NCBI GenBank assembly: GCA_965223325.1
Contig: CBDCWI010000001.1
Span: 864,001 to 928,000 of the forward strand
From: Candidatus Multivoradales bacterium
GTDB lineage: Bacteria > Acidobacteriota > Thermoanaerobaculia > Multivoradales > Multivoraceae
DNA: 64,000 nt
Reading direction: 5' to 3'
Below are positions 19,743-29,579 of the stretch, in pieces. The notes beneath the pieces were generated by a model. The model saw only the letters and a program-made list of their open reading frames with translations. It searched no databases and was not told where the DNA came from. The position numbers and the translations under genes were made by a program. The first letter of the stretch is position 1; each line of letters begins with the position of its first letter.

Positions 19743-22076
19743 ATGAGACACCCCGACAGAACACCCTCCCCCACGACACATCGCCCCCTGCTCTCGACCT
19801 TCACCGTCGCTCTGGCGATCGTCCTGGTGGCCTCCTTCAGCCTTGGCCCAGGCTCCGATCCGGCGGTGGGCCACACCCGGATCACGACCGACATCACCTT
19901 TGGCGACGAGGTGCGCACCATCCTGCGGCGGCATTGCATGCGTTGCCACAGCGCTGGCGGAATTGCACCGGGGTTCATCGACCTGACCACCTACGGCACC
20001 GACAAAGCACCCGGAGCGCGGGCATGGGCAACCGCAATCGAAGAAGAACTGCTGACCGGCCGCATGCCGCCCTGGACCGCCGATCCCCGCTACGACGCCT
20101 ACAGCAACACTCGGCTGATGACGCAGCTCGAAAAGGACATGCTGGTGGCCTGGGTCGAAGGAGGTGCTCCGCAGGGACCGCGCCGCGACCTGCCACCGCC
20201 GGCCGAGTTCGGAATCGAAGAGTGGGAGCTGGGACCGCCCGATCTGGTGGTCGAGCTGCCCGAGGCGTTCGTGCTGCCGGCCGGCGAGAAAACAGGCCTC
20301 GCCCAGACCAGCGTCGAGCTCGAGCTGGCACCCGAGCTCGCCGAGGACGGCACCTGGATCACCGGCTTCGAGTTCCGCACCGACGCGCCCCAGAGCGTTG
20401 CCCGCATGAGTGCCTTCCTGGTCGACGACCACTTGCCACCGGAGGAGCTCGAGCTCGAGGTCCAGGTGCCCTACGATCCGTTCCGCGACGAAGACGCCGA
20501 AGAGCCCACGCGCCTGCGCCAGTCGCCGCAGGGTCGCCGCTTTCTCGGTCAGTGGGTGCGGGGCGACGCACCGGTGCTCTTGCCAGACGGTGCGGGGAAA
20601 CGCCTGCGCTCTGGAACGAGGGTCGAACTGGTCATCGAGTACGACCGCGCGCCCTGGGCTCCGCAGGGCGAAGTGCGCGACCGCAGTCGGGTTGGCTTGT
20701 TCTTCAAGTCTGCAGACGAGGAGATCGAGAAGCTCGTCGAACAGGGCGCATTGGAAGCAGTCGCTGGAGGCGAGCGTCAATCGGCACCTGTGGTCCGAAA
20801 GAGAAAGAGAATTCGCTGGGGGCGTGGCGCAAAGGCCGCCGTCCCTGCTCCAGGTCCCACCGGTCTTGCCCTGGTCGCCGCTACAACTCTCACCGAGAAT
20901 GTGCGCCTGGTCGGCATCCAACCCGCAATGTCCAGCGGCACCGAGGCGTTCGAAATCCGCGCCAGCTATCCCGACGGCCGCCGCGTGACTCTGGTCTACG
21001 TCCCCGAGTACCGGCCGGAGTACCCGAGCTCGTACTGGCTCAACGACGAGCTGGCGGCACCTGCCGGAACCAGAATCGAGCTCTTGATGCGACGCGCCGC
21101 AGACTCGCCAGACCAGGGCCCGACGGGCGAGCCCAGGGTCTGGATCGACTGGGTACTCGACGACCACCTGGTGCTGCCTGAGGTCTTCGTACCGCGAGAA
21201 GGCCCCGAGTCCGAGGGCAAAGTGATGGGCAACCTCTTCACCACCGCCGATGGTGACAGCGCTGGCTCCCCAGGAGCTCCAGCTCCTACCGCCAACGACC
21301 CCAACGCCGCGGCACACATGGATCACACGCCGCTGCACGGCGGGCAGTTCTTCATGGCCTCGAATCAGTACCACCATATCGAGGGCAGTCTGCCCATCGA
21401 AGGGGAGTTCCGGGTCTACGTCTACGACGACTTCAAGAAGCCGATCGATCCGCGCAACTTCGCTGGCGATCTGGTTTTCGAAGACTACGACCCAGAGAGC
21501 GGCGACTTCTCCGAAGAACGGTTCCCGCTCGAAGCGATCCCGGGGACGGACTACCTGGTGGCGCGCTTCCCGTGGGGCGACGAGGTGGAAGGCGGGAAGA
21601 AGTTTCCGATCGAAATGTTTGCCGCACTCGACCTGGCCGGCAAGAACAACCGCTACGACTTCTACTTCGATGCCCTCACCGAGGAGCCGGCCTACGTGCC
21701 GAGGACGCGCGCCGCCGGCTCCGCGGCTCACAGTCATGAGCGTCCACCCTTGACCATTCCCTCGACTCCCGACGGCATCGTCTCCGAGCTCGTCGTGCGC
21801 CGCAATCGCGTCCAGCAACAGATCGACGACGCCATCTGGCCTTCGCTCTATGTACCGGCGTTCGATGCCCGCGACCTGGCAGAGGCACTCCTCGGTCGCA
21901 TGGAGGGGTTCGACGCCCGCGAGCGTGGGGCTGCACGACGCGCCATCACTCTCATCCTGCAGGGCGCCGCCGATCTCGATCGCGCTGGTGACCTGGAAGA
22001 TGCCGCCCGCGCCCGACGTGCCTTCGAGCGCTTCAACGAAGGCGTGCGCACCCTCGAGGGACTCGGGCAGCGCTGA
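19743..22076 (+). CDS. Secreted cytochrome c / copper-monooxygenase-like fold protein with a His-rich C-terminal domain
   Basis: Signal peptide; CMRCH, MPPW, WVEGGAP, WELGPPDLV; C-terminal HMDHTPLHGG...HHIEG. Confidence 0.7.
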   Translation: MRHPDRTPSPTTHRPLLSTFTVALAIVLVASFSLGPGSDPAVGHTRITTDITFGDEVRTILRRHCMRCHSAGGIAPGFIDLTTYGTDKAPGARAWATAIEEELLTGRMPPWTADPRYDAYSNTRLMTQLEKDMLVAWVEGGAPQGPRRDLPPPAEFGIEEWELGPPDLVVELPEAFVLPAGEKTGLAQTSVELELAPELAEDGTWITGFEFRTDAPQSVARMSAFLVDDHLPPEELELEVQVPYDPFRDEDAEEPTRLRQSPQGRRFLGQWVRGDAPVLLPDGAGKRLRSGTRVELVIEYDRAPWAPQGEVRDRSRVGLFFKSADEEIEKLVEQGALEAVAGGERQSAPVVRKRKRIRWGRGAKAAVPAPGPTGLALVAATTLTENVRLVGIQPAMSSGTEAFEIRASYPDGRRVTLVYVPEYRPEYPSSYWLNDELAAPAGTRIELLMRRAADSPDQGPTGEPRVWIDWVLDDHLVLPEVFVPREGPESEGKVMGNLFTTADGDSAGSPGAPAPTANDPNAAAHMDHTPLHGGQFFMASNQYHHIEGSLPIEGEFRVYVYDDFKKPIDPRNFAGDLVFEDYDPESGDFSEERFPLEAIPGTDYLVARFPWGDEVEGGKKFPIEMFAALDLAGKNNRYDFYFDALTEEPAYVPRTRAAGSAAHSHERPPLTIPSTPDGIVSELVVRRNRVQQQIDDAIWPSLYVPAFDARDLAEALLGRMEGFDARERGAARRAITLILQGAADLDRAGDLEDAARARRAFERFNEGVRTLEGLGQR

Positions 22077-22112
22077 CAGGCAGCACTCTGGCTGCGCCCG
22101 CGGGCCTCGCTG

Positions 22113-24545
22113 CTACTCGTTGCGCAGCGTCTGCTGTACGTCGATCCGCGCTGCTCGCCAGGCCGGCGCTAGAAGCGCCAGCGAAGCAACCGCTAGAAGG
22201 GCGACGGGCACCGTCGTCCACACCAACGGGTCGAACGGATCGACCTCGTAGAGCTGACTGGCCACCAGCCGCGTGCCCACCGCGGCGATCGCCAGGCCGA
22301 TGGCTGCACCGAAAAGCGCCAGCTTCAGACCACCGGCCAAAACCAGCTGGATGACACTCGAAACCTGGGCACCGAGAGCCAAGCGGATTCCGAGCTCCCG
22401 CCGCTGTTGTTGCACGCCGTGTGAGATCACTCCATAGAGCCCGATGGCTGCTAAAAGAAGGGCAACTGCGGCGAAGATCGCCAACATCCCGGCAAGCAGG
22501 GACTCGGTGGCCGACGCCTGGCCGACCAACTCGTCGAGGGTGGTGACCTCAGCAACGGCGAGATTGGGGTCGAGTTCAGCAACCGCCGCACGCACATCGT
22601 GAGCCCTCGAAAGTGGTGCTTTGTCGCTTCGCAGGATCACATAGGGCGCACCGAAGGGACTCTGTTGGTAGGGAATGTAGACGGCAGGGCGCGCCGGCTC
22701 GACGAGACCGAAGTGCCGGGTATCGGCAACCACGCCAACGATCTCACGCCAGCGAACGGTGGCGTTCATGTTGATGCGCTTACCGAGTGCCGACTCCTCG
22801 CCGAAATATCGCTTGGCGGTCGCCTCATTGACTACTAGCACGTCTGGCGCCCCCTCGCGATCGGAAGCCGAAAAGGTGCGCCCAGAGAGGAGCGGGATGC
22901 CCATCGTCTTGAAGTAGCCGTCGTCGACCGAGCGCACCCATCCGAACGGCTGGTCGGCGGGCTCGGGTTCTGCCGCACCCTCGATCTGGTAGCTCGTGTC
23001 ACCGTCGTTCCCGGCCAGAGGCGGGGCGTTGGTGTGTGCGACGCCTACGACCCCCGGTAACGAGCGCAAGCGCTCGAGAAGCTGGTCTGAGAAGTCAAAG
23101 CGCGCCGCGCGTTCGTTGTAGACGTCGCCGGTCAAGGCGATGCGTGCAACTAGAGCGTTCTCGCTTTGAAAGCCGAGATCGAGCGACCAGAGTTTGGCCA
23201 GACTGCGACCGATCAATCCGGCACCGATCAAGAGCACAACCGCCAGGGCCACCTCGGCAACCACAAGGAGCGCACGAGTCCGCCGTGCTGCCGGCCCGGC
23301 AGACGCCCGGCCGGTGGCCGAGGCAACACCCGAGTCACCGGCGCGGATCCTGAGGCCTGACGCCTCGAGCGCCGGCAAAACACCGAAGGTAACCGCCGTC
23401 AGTATCGTTACAACGCTTGCGGCTACAAGAGTCGGTAGGTCAATGCCAGCTTCTAGGAGGCGGGGCACCGAATCTCCCGCCGCTCTTCGCACCGCCTCGA
23501 GGCCAGCGAAGGCCAGGCCGATGCCGCCGACTCCGCCGAGCAAGGCCAGGACCAAACTCTCGACGAAAAACGACTGCACCAGCTGCCCGCGTCGGGCACC
23601 GAGCGCCAGGCGCACGGCGATCTCACGCCGGCGCGCCAGGGTGCGAGCCAACTGCACACCAGCGACGTTGGCGCAGGCGATCAGGAGCAAGACGGCGACC
23701 GCTCCGAGAAGCAGAAGAAGCGGCGTGCGCACGTTGCCGGTCACGCGATCGGCTAAGGGAATCACCCGAATGCCATGTCCGACATTGGTGTCGGGGTGCG
23801 CTTGTTCGAGGGCGCTCGCGATGGTCGCCAGCTCGGCCTGGGCCTCAGAAGTCGTTCTACTAGGTGCAAGTCTCCCCACCACCCGTAAGGTCACACAGTT
23901 GCGGCCACAGGAGTTGCTTTCGTCGATCTGGAGCGGCGCCAGCACATCGGGCGGACCAACGAAGGGTAAGTCGAGGTCAGGCGACAGGACCCCGACGATT
24001 GTCCAGACCTGGTTGTCGAGCCGGAATGACTTGCCGACGATGTCGGTCTGGCCGCCGAAGCGACGATGCCAAAAGCTATGCCCGATCAGGACGACCCTTT
24101 CCCCATCTGCTCTGTCGACCGATTCATCGAATGAGGTGCCGAGCTGGGGAGGACGCCCCAAGACCTCGAGCACGTTCCAGCTCGCCTGCCCGCCAGAGAG
24201 CTGTTCCGGCGGCTCGCCGTCGCGACCGGCAACCGTTGGTCGCCATCCACCGATTGCCGCCATCTCGGTGACCGTCTTCGAAGACCGTCGCCAATCGGCG
24301 AAGTTGTCCCACGACGCCCACTCGTCACTCGGGCCGTCGATCCGCGTCAGGTCCTGCCACACCGTGACCAGACGAGCCGGTTCTTCATAGGGCAAAGGGC
24401 GCACCACTACTGCCCAGACGACCCCGAAGATCGTCGTGACCGCGCCGATACCGAGCGCTAGAGTGACTGCTACTACCAGCGTCGTGAGCGGTTGGCGGAC
24501 AGCCATGCGAAGGGCCTGGCGAAGGTCGCCACGCAGGTTACTCAT
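22113..24545 (-). CDS. ABC transporter permease, duplicated MacB/FtsX type (acidobacterial ADOP-like)
   Basis: DLRQALR, TLALGIGA, LLIACANVA, REIAVRLALGA, GLYGVIS, RELGIRLALGA; two FtsX repeats; no adjacent ATPase. Confidence 0.9.
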   Translation of the reverse strand: MSNLRGDLRQALRMAVRQPLTTLVVAVTLALGIGAVTTIFGVVWAVVVRPLPYEEPARLVTVWQDLTRIDGPSDEWASWDNFADWRRSSKTVTEMAAIGGWRPTVAGRDGEPPEQLSGGQASWNVLEVLGRPPQLGTSFDESVDRADGERVVLIGHSFWHRRFGGQTDIVGKSFRLDNQVWTIVGVLSPDLDLPFVGPPDVLAPLQIDESNSCGRNCVTLRVVGRLAPSRTTSEAQAELATIASALEQAHPDTNVGHGIRVIPLADRVTGNVRTPLLLLLGAVAVLLLIACANVAGVQLARTLARRREIAVRLALGARRGQLVQSFFVESLVLALLGGVGGIGLAFAGLEAVRRAAGDSVPRLLEAGIDLPTLVAASVVTILTAVTFGVLPALEASGLRIRAGDSGVASATGRASAGPAARRTRALLVVAEVALAVVLLIGAGLIGRSLAKLWSLDLGFQSENALVARIALTGDVYNERAARFDFSDQLLERLRSLPGVVGVAHTNAPPLAGNDGDTSYQIEGAAEPEPADQPFGWVRSVDDGYFKTMGIPLLSGRTFSASDREGAPDVLVVNEATAKRYFGEESALGKRINMNATVRWREIVGVVADTRHFGLVEPARPAVYIPYQQSPFGAPYVILRSDKAPLSRAHDVRAAVAELDPNLAVAEVTTLDELVGQASATESLLAGMLAIFAAVALLLAAIGLYGVISHGVQQQRRELGIRLALGAQVSSVIQLVLAGGLKLALFGAAIGLAIAAVGTRLVASQLYEVDPFDPLVWTTVPVALLAVASLALLAPAWRAARIDVQQTLRNE

Positions 24546-24597
24546 GCTCCGAACTCCGACCCTGTTGATTCCCACATTGTGTCGTATCCATTGCCGG

Positions 24598-24622
24598 TAC
24601 GCGGTGGGTCGACAGGAGTTGC
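24598..24622 (-). promoter_or_regulatory. Putative ECF-sigma promoter GCAAC-N16-CGTA
   Basis: Minus strand reads GCAAC tcctgtcgacccaccg CGTA about 50 bp upstream of the permease ATG, matching the AAC/CGT pattern of ECF promoters. Confidence 0.4.
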
Positions 24623-24731
24623 GACAAAGGAGCACGCGTTGACTCGCCTCCGGGTATTTCGTCCCTAGGCCACCTGCGAGTACCATGCCCCGGCGCGGTC
24701 AGCTCTTCTTGCGGGGCGGACCGGGAGAGTC

Positions 24732-25385
24732 ATGATCACGGCCGTGCCAAGCAACACCAACGAAGCCACAGCGACCCCCCACCGGCGGCGACTTCCGCTG
24801 GCGATCAAGATCGGCTTTTCGATCTTCATCGCCATTTTCGTTCCGGTCTATTGGCGCGAGTACGGGCCTGCGAACTTCTTGTGGTTGTGCGACCTCGGAA
24901 ATTTCATCCTGCTGGTGGCGCTGTGGCGCGAGAGCGCGCTCTTGGTTTCGTCGCAGGCGGTGGGCGTGCTGGTCGTTCAGACCTTGTGGTGCGCCGACTT
25001 TTTGGGTGGTTTGCTGTTCGGGGTACACCCCTTCGGGGGCACGCAGTACATGTGGAGCGAGGAGATCCCGATCGCCATCCGGTCCATTTCTTTGTTCCAC
25101 TTCGCCGTTCCTCCCCTACTTGTTTTCGCGGTTAAACGCCTGGGCTACGACCGGCGCGGCCTGGCTCTGCAGGCTGTGCTGTGCTGGCTCGTCTTGCCCG
25201 TCTCGTTCTTCTTCACCGACCCAGGTCGCAACCTCAACTGGGTGTGGCGGCCGTTCGAGCGCGAGCAGTCGTTCTTGCCTCCGCTGCCCTACCTCTTCAC
25301 GCTCATGCTGGCCTATGTCGTGGTGTTGTACATCCCCACCCACCTGGCCCTCGATCGGATGTTCGGGCGCCAGCGCCAGGCGTAG
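24732..25385 (+). CDS. Conserved hypothetical membrane protein
   Basis: YGPANFLWLCD, GGTQYMW, SLFH, NLNWVW; several TM helices. Confidence 0.75.
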   Translation: MITAVPSNTNEATATPHRRRLPLAIKIGFSIFIAIFVPVYWREYGPANFLWLCDLGNFILLVALWRESALLVSSQAVGVLVVQTLWCADFLGGLLFGVHPFGGTQYMWSEEIPIAIRSISLFHFAVPPLLVFAVKRLGYDRRGLALQAVLCWLVLPVSFFFTDPGRNLNWVWRPFEREQSFLPPLPYLFTLMLAYVVVLYIPTHLALDRMFGRQRQA

Positions 25386-25396
25386 GTAGGCGAACG

Positions 25397-28366
25397 TCAG
25401 TCCCAGAAGCCGAGGTCACCGCTCTCGAAGTCGTCGGCGAAGAGAGTTTCTCCAACCCGGAAACGGCGATCCACCCGGGTGATGTTGCCCTGGTTGTCAC
25501 GGACTTCGACGAGCACGTGCGACTCGCCCAGGGACCTCGGCTGGTCGAGGGAGATCTCCCAAACCCCGCCGGCTCCGGCAACCGCCAGATCCGCCAGCTC
25601 GGCGAAAGCACGGCGACCGCGCACCGGGAAGCTCGCCCGCACCGACAGTGCCCCCAGGTCGAGGCCCGAGTTGGCGTCGGCCAGGCCGAAGCGGATGGAC
25701 TCGATCGGGTCGTTGTTACGGTTCGGACGGGGCTGGGAGATGTGGACCGTCGGCCGCAGATCATCGAGCAACCAACCGAACGCTTCGTTCGGAGTGCCGA
25801 AAGCGGTGTCGATGGGCGCTCCGAGGTCGATCCAGCGCGCCACCAGACGCCGCTCGTCGCGCGATAGCGCCGGAACGGCACTCCCAGGCGGCGGCATGCG
25901 GGTGCCGACAAAGTCGAGATCGGCGTCGTTGGGGTCCGTACCCGGAGGCAGCGTTGTCGCGTCTCCAGCAGCCGATTCGGTGGGATGATCCTCATTCGAC
26001 CAGCCGTCGAGGCGTTCGCCAAAGATCTTCCACACAAACAAACTGCGACGACTCTGAAACTTGCGGATGTAGCGACTGGCGTTGGTCTGCCGCCAGGTGC
26101 GGTTGGCAATCACCGGCGGATAGCCGTTGGTGGCCTGTTCGTCGGCAGCCAGCCGGCGGTAGTCACCGGGCAACCCGTCTTCGACCGCTCTGTCGTCGAG
26201 AACCAGATTGCCGGGCGGGTCAGGGTTCGTCTGGGTGTGGCACACGATGCAACTGCGGGTGAGCAGGGGCCGAATATCGCGATAGAACTCGACGTCCCAC
26301 ACGCTTTGGTCGAGCACGTCGAGACTGGGCTCGCCACCTCTGGAACCAACGAGCGGAGTCTGTGTCACGAGGTCGGAAACGTCGAACCCCGGCTGGCCGG
26401 CGGCGGTGGTTTCGAACGCAAGCGGTGTCTGCGAGTGCGCGTGGCAGCCACCGCAGTCGACCCGCACTTCACCCGGTCGCACCTGGTGCCAGGTCTGCGC
26501 CATGTTGAGCACTCGGCCCTCGCGGTCGAGGGTCTGAAAGGTAAAGGGAGTGTCGGCCGGCACCTTGGCCAGGAAGCTGGTGTCGGGATTGCCCTCACTA
26601 TCGAGCACCGGTTGTCCACCGGCGGTGGACTTGCGCACGGGAATCTCACCCAGAATGCGCAGGCGCTCGTTGGCGAAGCTCGCGAAGTGTCGACCGTGGT
26701 TCGGTCCGTAGCTGCGGTGGGTGTTGGGTTCCATCGCCACCAGGCGCACCGCCCAGATTTCATCGTCGCCATAGCGGCCGGCGTCAGCTCCCTGGGTGAA
26801 CCAGTTGGGGCTCTGATTGTTCTCGCCGCTGTTGAACGCATCCAGCCCGTCGAAGTTGTCGGCCCAGGCGGGAACGAAGCCAGGAAACGACTCGCGCTTG
26901 TAGAGGCTCGAAGAGCCCACCAGGCCATAGGCGGTGCCAGCCGGCAGCTCCTCGTGCAACGTCCCGTCGTTGGGTAGCCAGGCGAGTTCGGCTGGCTCGT
27001 CGGTGCCATGAATCGCACTCCAGGGCACCACGGCACGCGGCCAGGCCTCGTTGTACTGCGCGCGGTCAACGACCAGCTCGAGCTCATCGGAGCTCCAGAT
27101 CGGCGTCGCCCCGTCGATGAGATAGATGCCGGAGGCATAGCGCGGAGTGGCCACCGGACGATGGAGATCGTTGGCTGGCCCGGGTGTCCAGACCACTAGC
27201 AGGTCTCCGCCCGGAGCCGCCGAGGGGTGGGTGAACTTGCCAACGCGAGTCGAGCCGTCGGCGCCGACCGGCGCTGCCTCGTCGCCACCGTGAGTGAAGG
27301 GGGTGATCGAGTGCAGGCCCCAGGGTGTAAAGGGCATCTTGAAGGGATAGAGGAAACCGCCGCCGACAGTCTGCTCGATGTCGGGGTTCAGGTGATTGAA
27401 CGGCGAACCAAAGCGCGGTGTGCCGTTGGGAATGTCGGTGGGCATCCGGTATAGGGCACCGAAGCCGTTGTTGTTGAGGTTGTAGTAGTCGACGACCACC
27501 AGATCGCCGCCCGACAGCTGGGTCATGAAGTGAAACGCCTGGCGCGCTCGAAACGCCGAGATCAACGGTTGCCAGTTGCGCCCATCGGGCTGGATCGCCC
27601 AGACCCCCCACAGTCGCCGATCGCGTAGGCCCTGGCTCTCGTGCGTCGAGTACATGAGCCGCCCGTCTTGCAGGATGGTTGGATGGAGTGCGCTCGAGAT
27701 CGACATCGGCGCGATCGCCTCGAGGTTCTCGCCGTCTTCGTCCATGACGAAGAGCTGCATGGTCGGCGCGGTAAAGCCCCTCGGCGGATCGAACCCGTTG
27801 CGGTTGCTGGTAAAGGCAAGACGGCCGCCGGGGACCGGCATGGGCCCGAGATTGAGGATGCCGTAGCCCAACCGGTTGTACTCGGAGGAGGGATCGAGCG
27901 GGTTGCTCTCGTCCCAGTTGCCGGCCCCGGTGTTGGGGGTGAACTCGCCGTCGGTCAGTTGAGTGATCTGACGCGTTGCGAGATCGATACGGTAGATGTC
28001 AGCACCCAGATGCGGCAGGTCCTGGCGCTGGCCGTTGAGTGCGGAGTCGCGCAGGTCATGAAAGAGCGCGTAGAAGACAGACTTGCCGTCGAACGACACG
28101 ACCGGATCGGTCACTGAGCCAACGCCGGCGTCGACCAGCACTTCTTCACTGCCGTCGGGATGGCGCAGCACCAGATCAGCCCCGACCTCGGCGCGTGCCG
28201 GGTGAAAGACCTCAGGCCAGAGGGTGTTGATCTCGTCGCCATGACGCGGTTGGCGCACATAAACGATGTCGTAGTCGACGACCTGCGCGGCAAGCGAGGA
28301 GGAGGCAAGGGCCCCGACAAGCATCATCAGAAGAAACAACCAGAGACCACGGCAGGACCGTTTCAT
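25397..28366 (-). CDS. HzsA-related secreted beta-propeller protein with two c-type heme motifs
   Basis: Signal peptide; DPVVSFDG, FTSNR, DGRLMYS; middle domain SFLAKVPADTPFTFQTLD...QVRPGE; CGGCH and CIVCH; WIDLGAP. Confidence 0.8.
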   Translation of the reverse strand: MKRSCRGLWLFLLMMLVGALASSSLAAQVVDYDIVYVRQPRHGDEINTLWPEVFHPARAEVGADLVLRHPDGSEEVLVDAGVGSVTDPVVSFDGKSVFYALFHDLRDSALNGQRQDLPHLGADIYRIDLATRQITQLTDGEFTPNTGAGNWDESNPLDPSSEYNRLGYGILNLGPMPVPGGRLAFTSNRNGFDPPRGFTAPTMQLFVMDEDGENLEAIAPMSISSALHPTILQDGRLMYSTHESQGLRDRRLWGVWAIQPDGRNWQPLISAFRARQAFHFMTQLSGGDLVVVDYYNLNNNGFGALYRMPTDIPNGTPRFGSPFNHLNPDIEQTVGGGFLYPFKMPFTPWGLHSITPFTHGGDEAAPVGADGSTRVGKFTHPSAAPGGDLLVVWTPGPANDLHRPVATPRYASGIYLIDGATPIWSSDELELVVDRAQYNEAWPRAVVPWSAIHGTDEPAELAWLPNDGTLHEELPAGTAYGLVGSSSLYKRESFPGFVPAWADNFDGLDAFNSGENNQSPNWFTQGADAGRYGDDEIWAVRLVAMEPNTHRSYGPNHGRHFASFANERLRILGEIPVRKSTAGGQPVLDSEGNPDTSFLAKVPADTPFTFQTLDREGRVLNMAQTWHQVRPGEVRVDCGGCHAHSQTPLAFETTAAGQPGFDVSDLVTQTPLVGSRGGEPSLDVLDQSVWDVEFYRDIRPLLTRSCIVCHTQTNPDPPGNLVLDDRAVEDGLPGDYRRLAADEQATNGYPPVIANRTWRQTNASRYIRKFQSRRSLFVWKIFGERLDGWSNEDHPTESAAGDATTLPPGTDPNDADLDFVGTRMPPPGSAVPALSRDERRLVARWIDLGAPIDTAFGTPNEAFGWLLDDLRPTVHISQPRPNRNNDPIESIRFGLADANSGLDLGALSVRASFPVRGRRAFAELADLAVAGAGGVWEISLDQPRSLGESHVLVEVRDNQGNITRVDRRFRVGETLFADDFESGDLGFWD

Positions 28367-28670
28367 AGAGCACTCCTCGGAACAGAACGAATCATCTATA
28401 CAGAAAATCGAATTTCTCTACTATAGCCCGAAAAGCCCCAGCCTCCAGGCGCGAGACGAGGCGAGCCATCGGCTCGACGGATCCCCCGAGATACCTCGTG
28501 GCGAATGTTGCCAAGTGACCGGAAACGAGAGCCCTGCTTGGTCGACGCTTGCACCTATGCAAGACTTGCGTCATTCATTTGATCCCTTCCCTCCTCATGC
28601 CCCACAACCCAAACGCTCCCTCCTGTCGCCGCGGATCGGTCCGGCCTTGACTCCCCGCCGTCGCCTCTTC

Positions 28671-29579
28671 GTGAAGACCGGGTTCGCGCTGTTACCGCGC
28701 CTGGCGCGCCGCATGCTGCCCGTTCTCGGTGTGATCGCCGTGGCTACGGTGCTCGCTGCGCCGGCCTTTGGGCATGCTGAGGCCCGGGCGCTGATCGTCC
28801 GGCTCGACGCCGAGATCGTCCTGCGTCCTGATGACCCCTGGCTCTATTTGCGACGTGCGGCGCCACGAACTGAAATCGGCGAGCTGGCAGGAGCGCGACG
28901 CGACCTTCGGAGGAGCCGACGGGCGAGTTCTCGGCATCCCGAACGCACGCGAATCCTCTCTGCGATCTTCCTGCAGCGAGCGCGCATCGAGTTGCTCGCC
29001 GGTCGAAGTCGCGCCGCGGTGCGCGCCGCGCGACGCGCAGTCGCCAAGACTCCCGCGAGCTGGCCCGCTCGTGAGGTCCTGGCGCGTGCGCTGGCCGGGC
29101 GTGGTTGCCACCGGGCGGCGGCAGACCAGTGGCAGCAACTCGCAGAGCGACCCACTGCGACGCCCGAGTCGATCCTCGGCCTCGCGGACACGCTCGTCAG
29201 CGGAGAGCAGTTCGACCGCTCACTCAGAGTGCTCGACGCCGCCAGTGCGCGCTATCCCGCGCTGAGCGTGTTTGCCGAACGCGCCATCGCAATCGAACGT
29301 CGCCGTGGCCAGCCTGAGCGCGCGCTCGAACGGTTGGCGGAACTCGCGCGCTCGAACTCTCAGGGGGCGCGCTGGTGGCTCGCGCATGCCGCGCTGGCTC
29401 TCGAAATCGGCCAACCAAAGCGCGCACTCGGCTCGCTCGAGGCAGCACACGAGGTCCTTCGCGAGTTACCGCCGCGCCAGCGGCACACTGCCCGTACCGA
29501 AGAACAGAAGCGCCGACTTTCAGCCTTGACCATCCTCGCGACCGCATCTTCTGAGACCACACCTGAGGAATCGCCATGA
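28671..29579 (+). CDS. Secreted tetratricopeptide-repeat protein
   Basis: Signal peptide ending AFG-H; Ala/Leu/Arg-rich helical repeats (PDDPWLYLRRA); ATGA overlap with the next gene; start uncertain (28515, 28671 or 28713). Confidence 0.65.
   Translation: MKTGFALLPRLARRMLPVLGVIAVATVLAAPAFGHAEARALIVRLDAEIVLRPDDPWLYLRRAAPRTEIGELAGARRDLRRSRRASSRHPERTRILSAIFLQRARIELLAGRSRAAVRAARRAVAKTPASWPAREVLARALAGRGCHRAAADQWQQLAERPTATPESILGLADTLVSGEQFDRSLRVLDAASARYPALSVFAERAIAIERRRGQPERALERLAELARSNSQGARWWLAHAALALEIGQPKRALGSLEAAHEVLRELPPRQRHTARTEEQKRRLSALTILATASSETTPEESP

Noticed and set aside
19725-21818. Long antisense ORFs (this 697-aa one, 36188-37801, 15738-17006, 8395-9696 and similar)
   Set aside because: Shadow ORFs expected in high-GC DNA opposite well-supported genes; no recognisable motifs
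25397-28366. Anammox hydrazine synthase pathway
   Set aside because: No hzsB/hzsC or hydrazine dehydrogenase genes nearby, and the genomic context is not anammox-like
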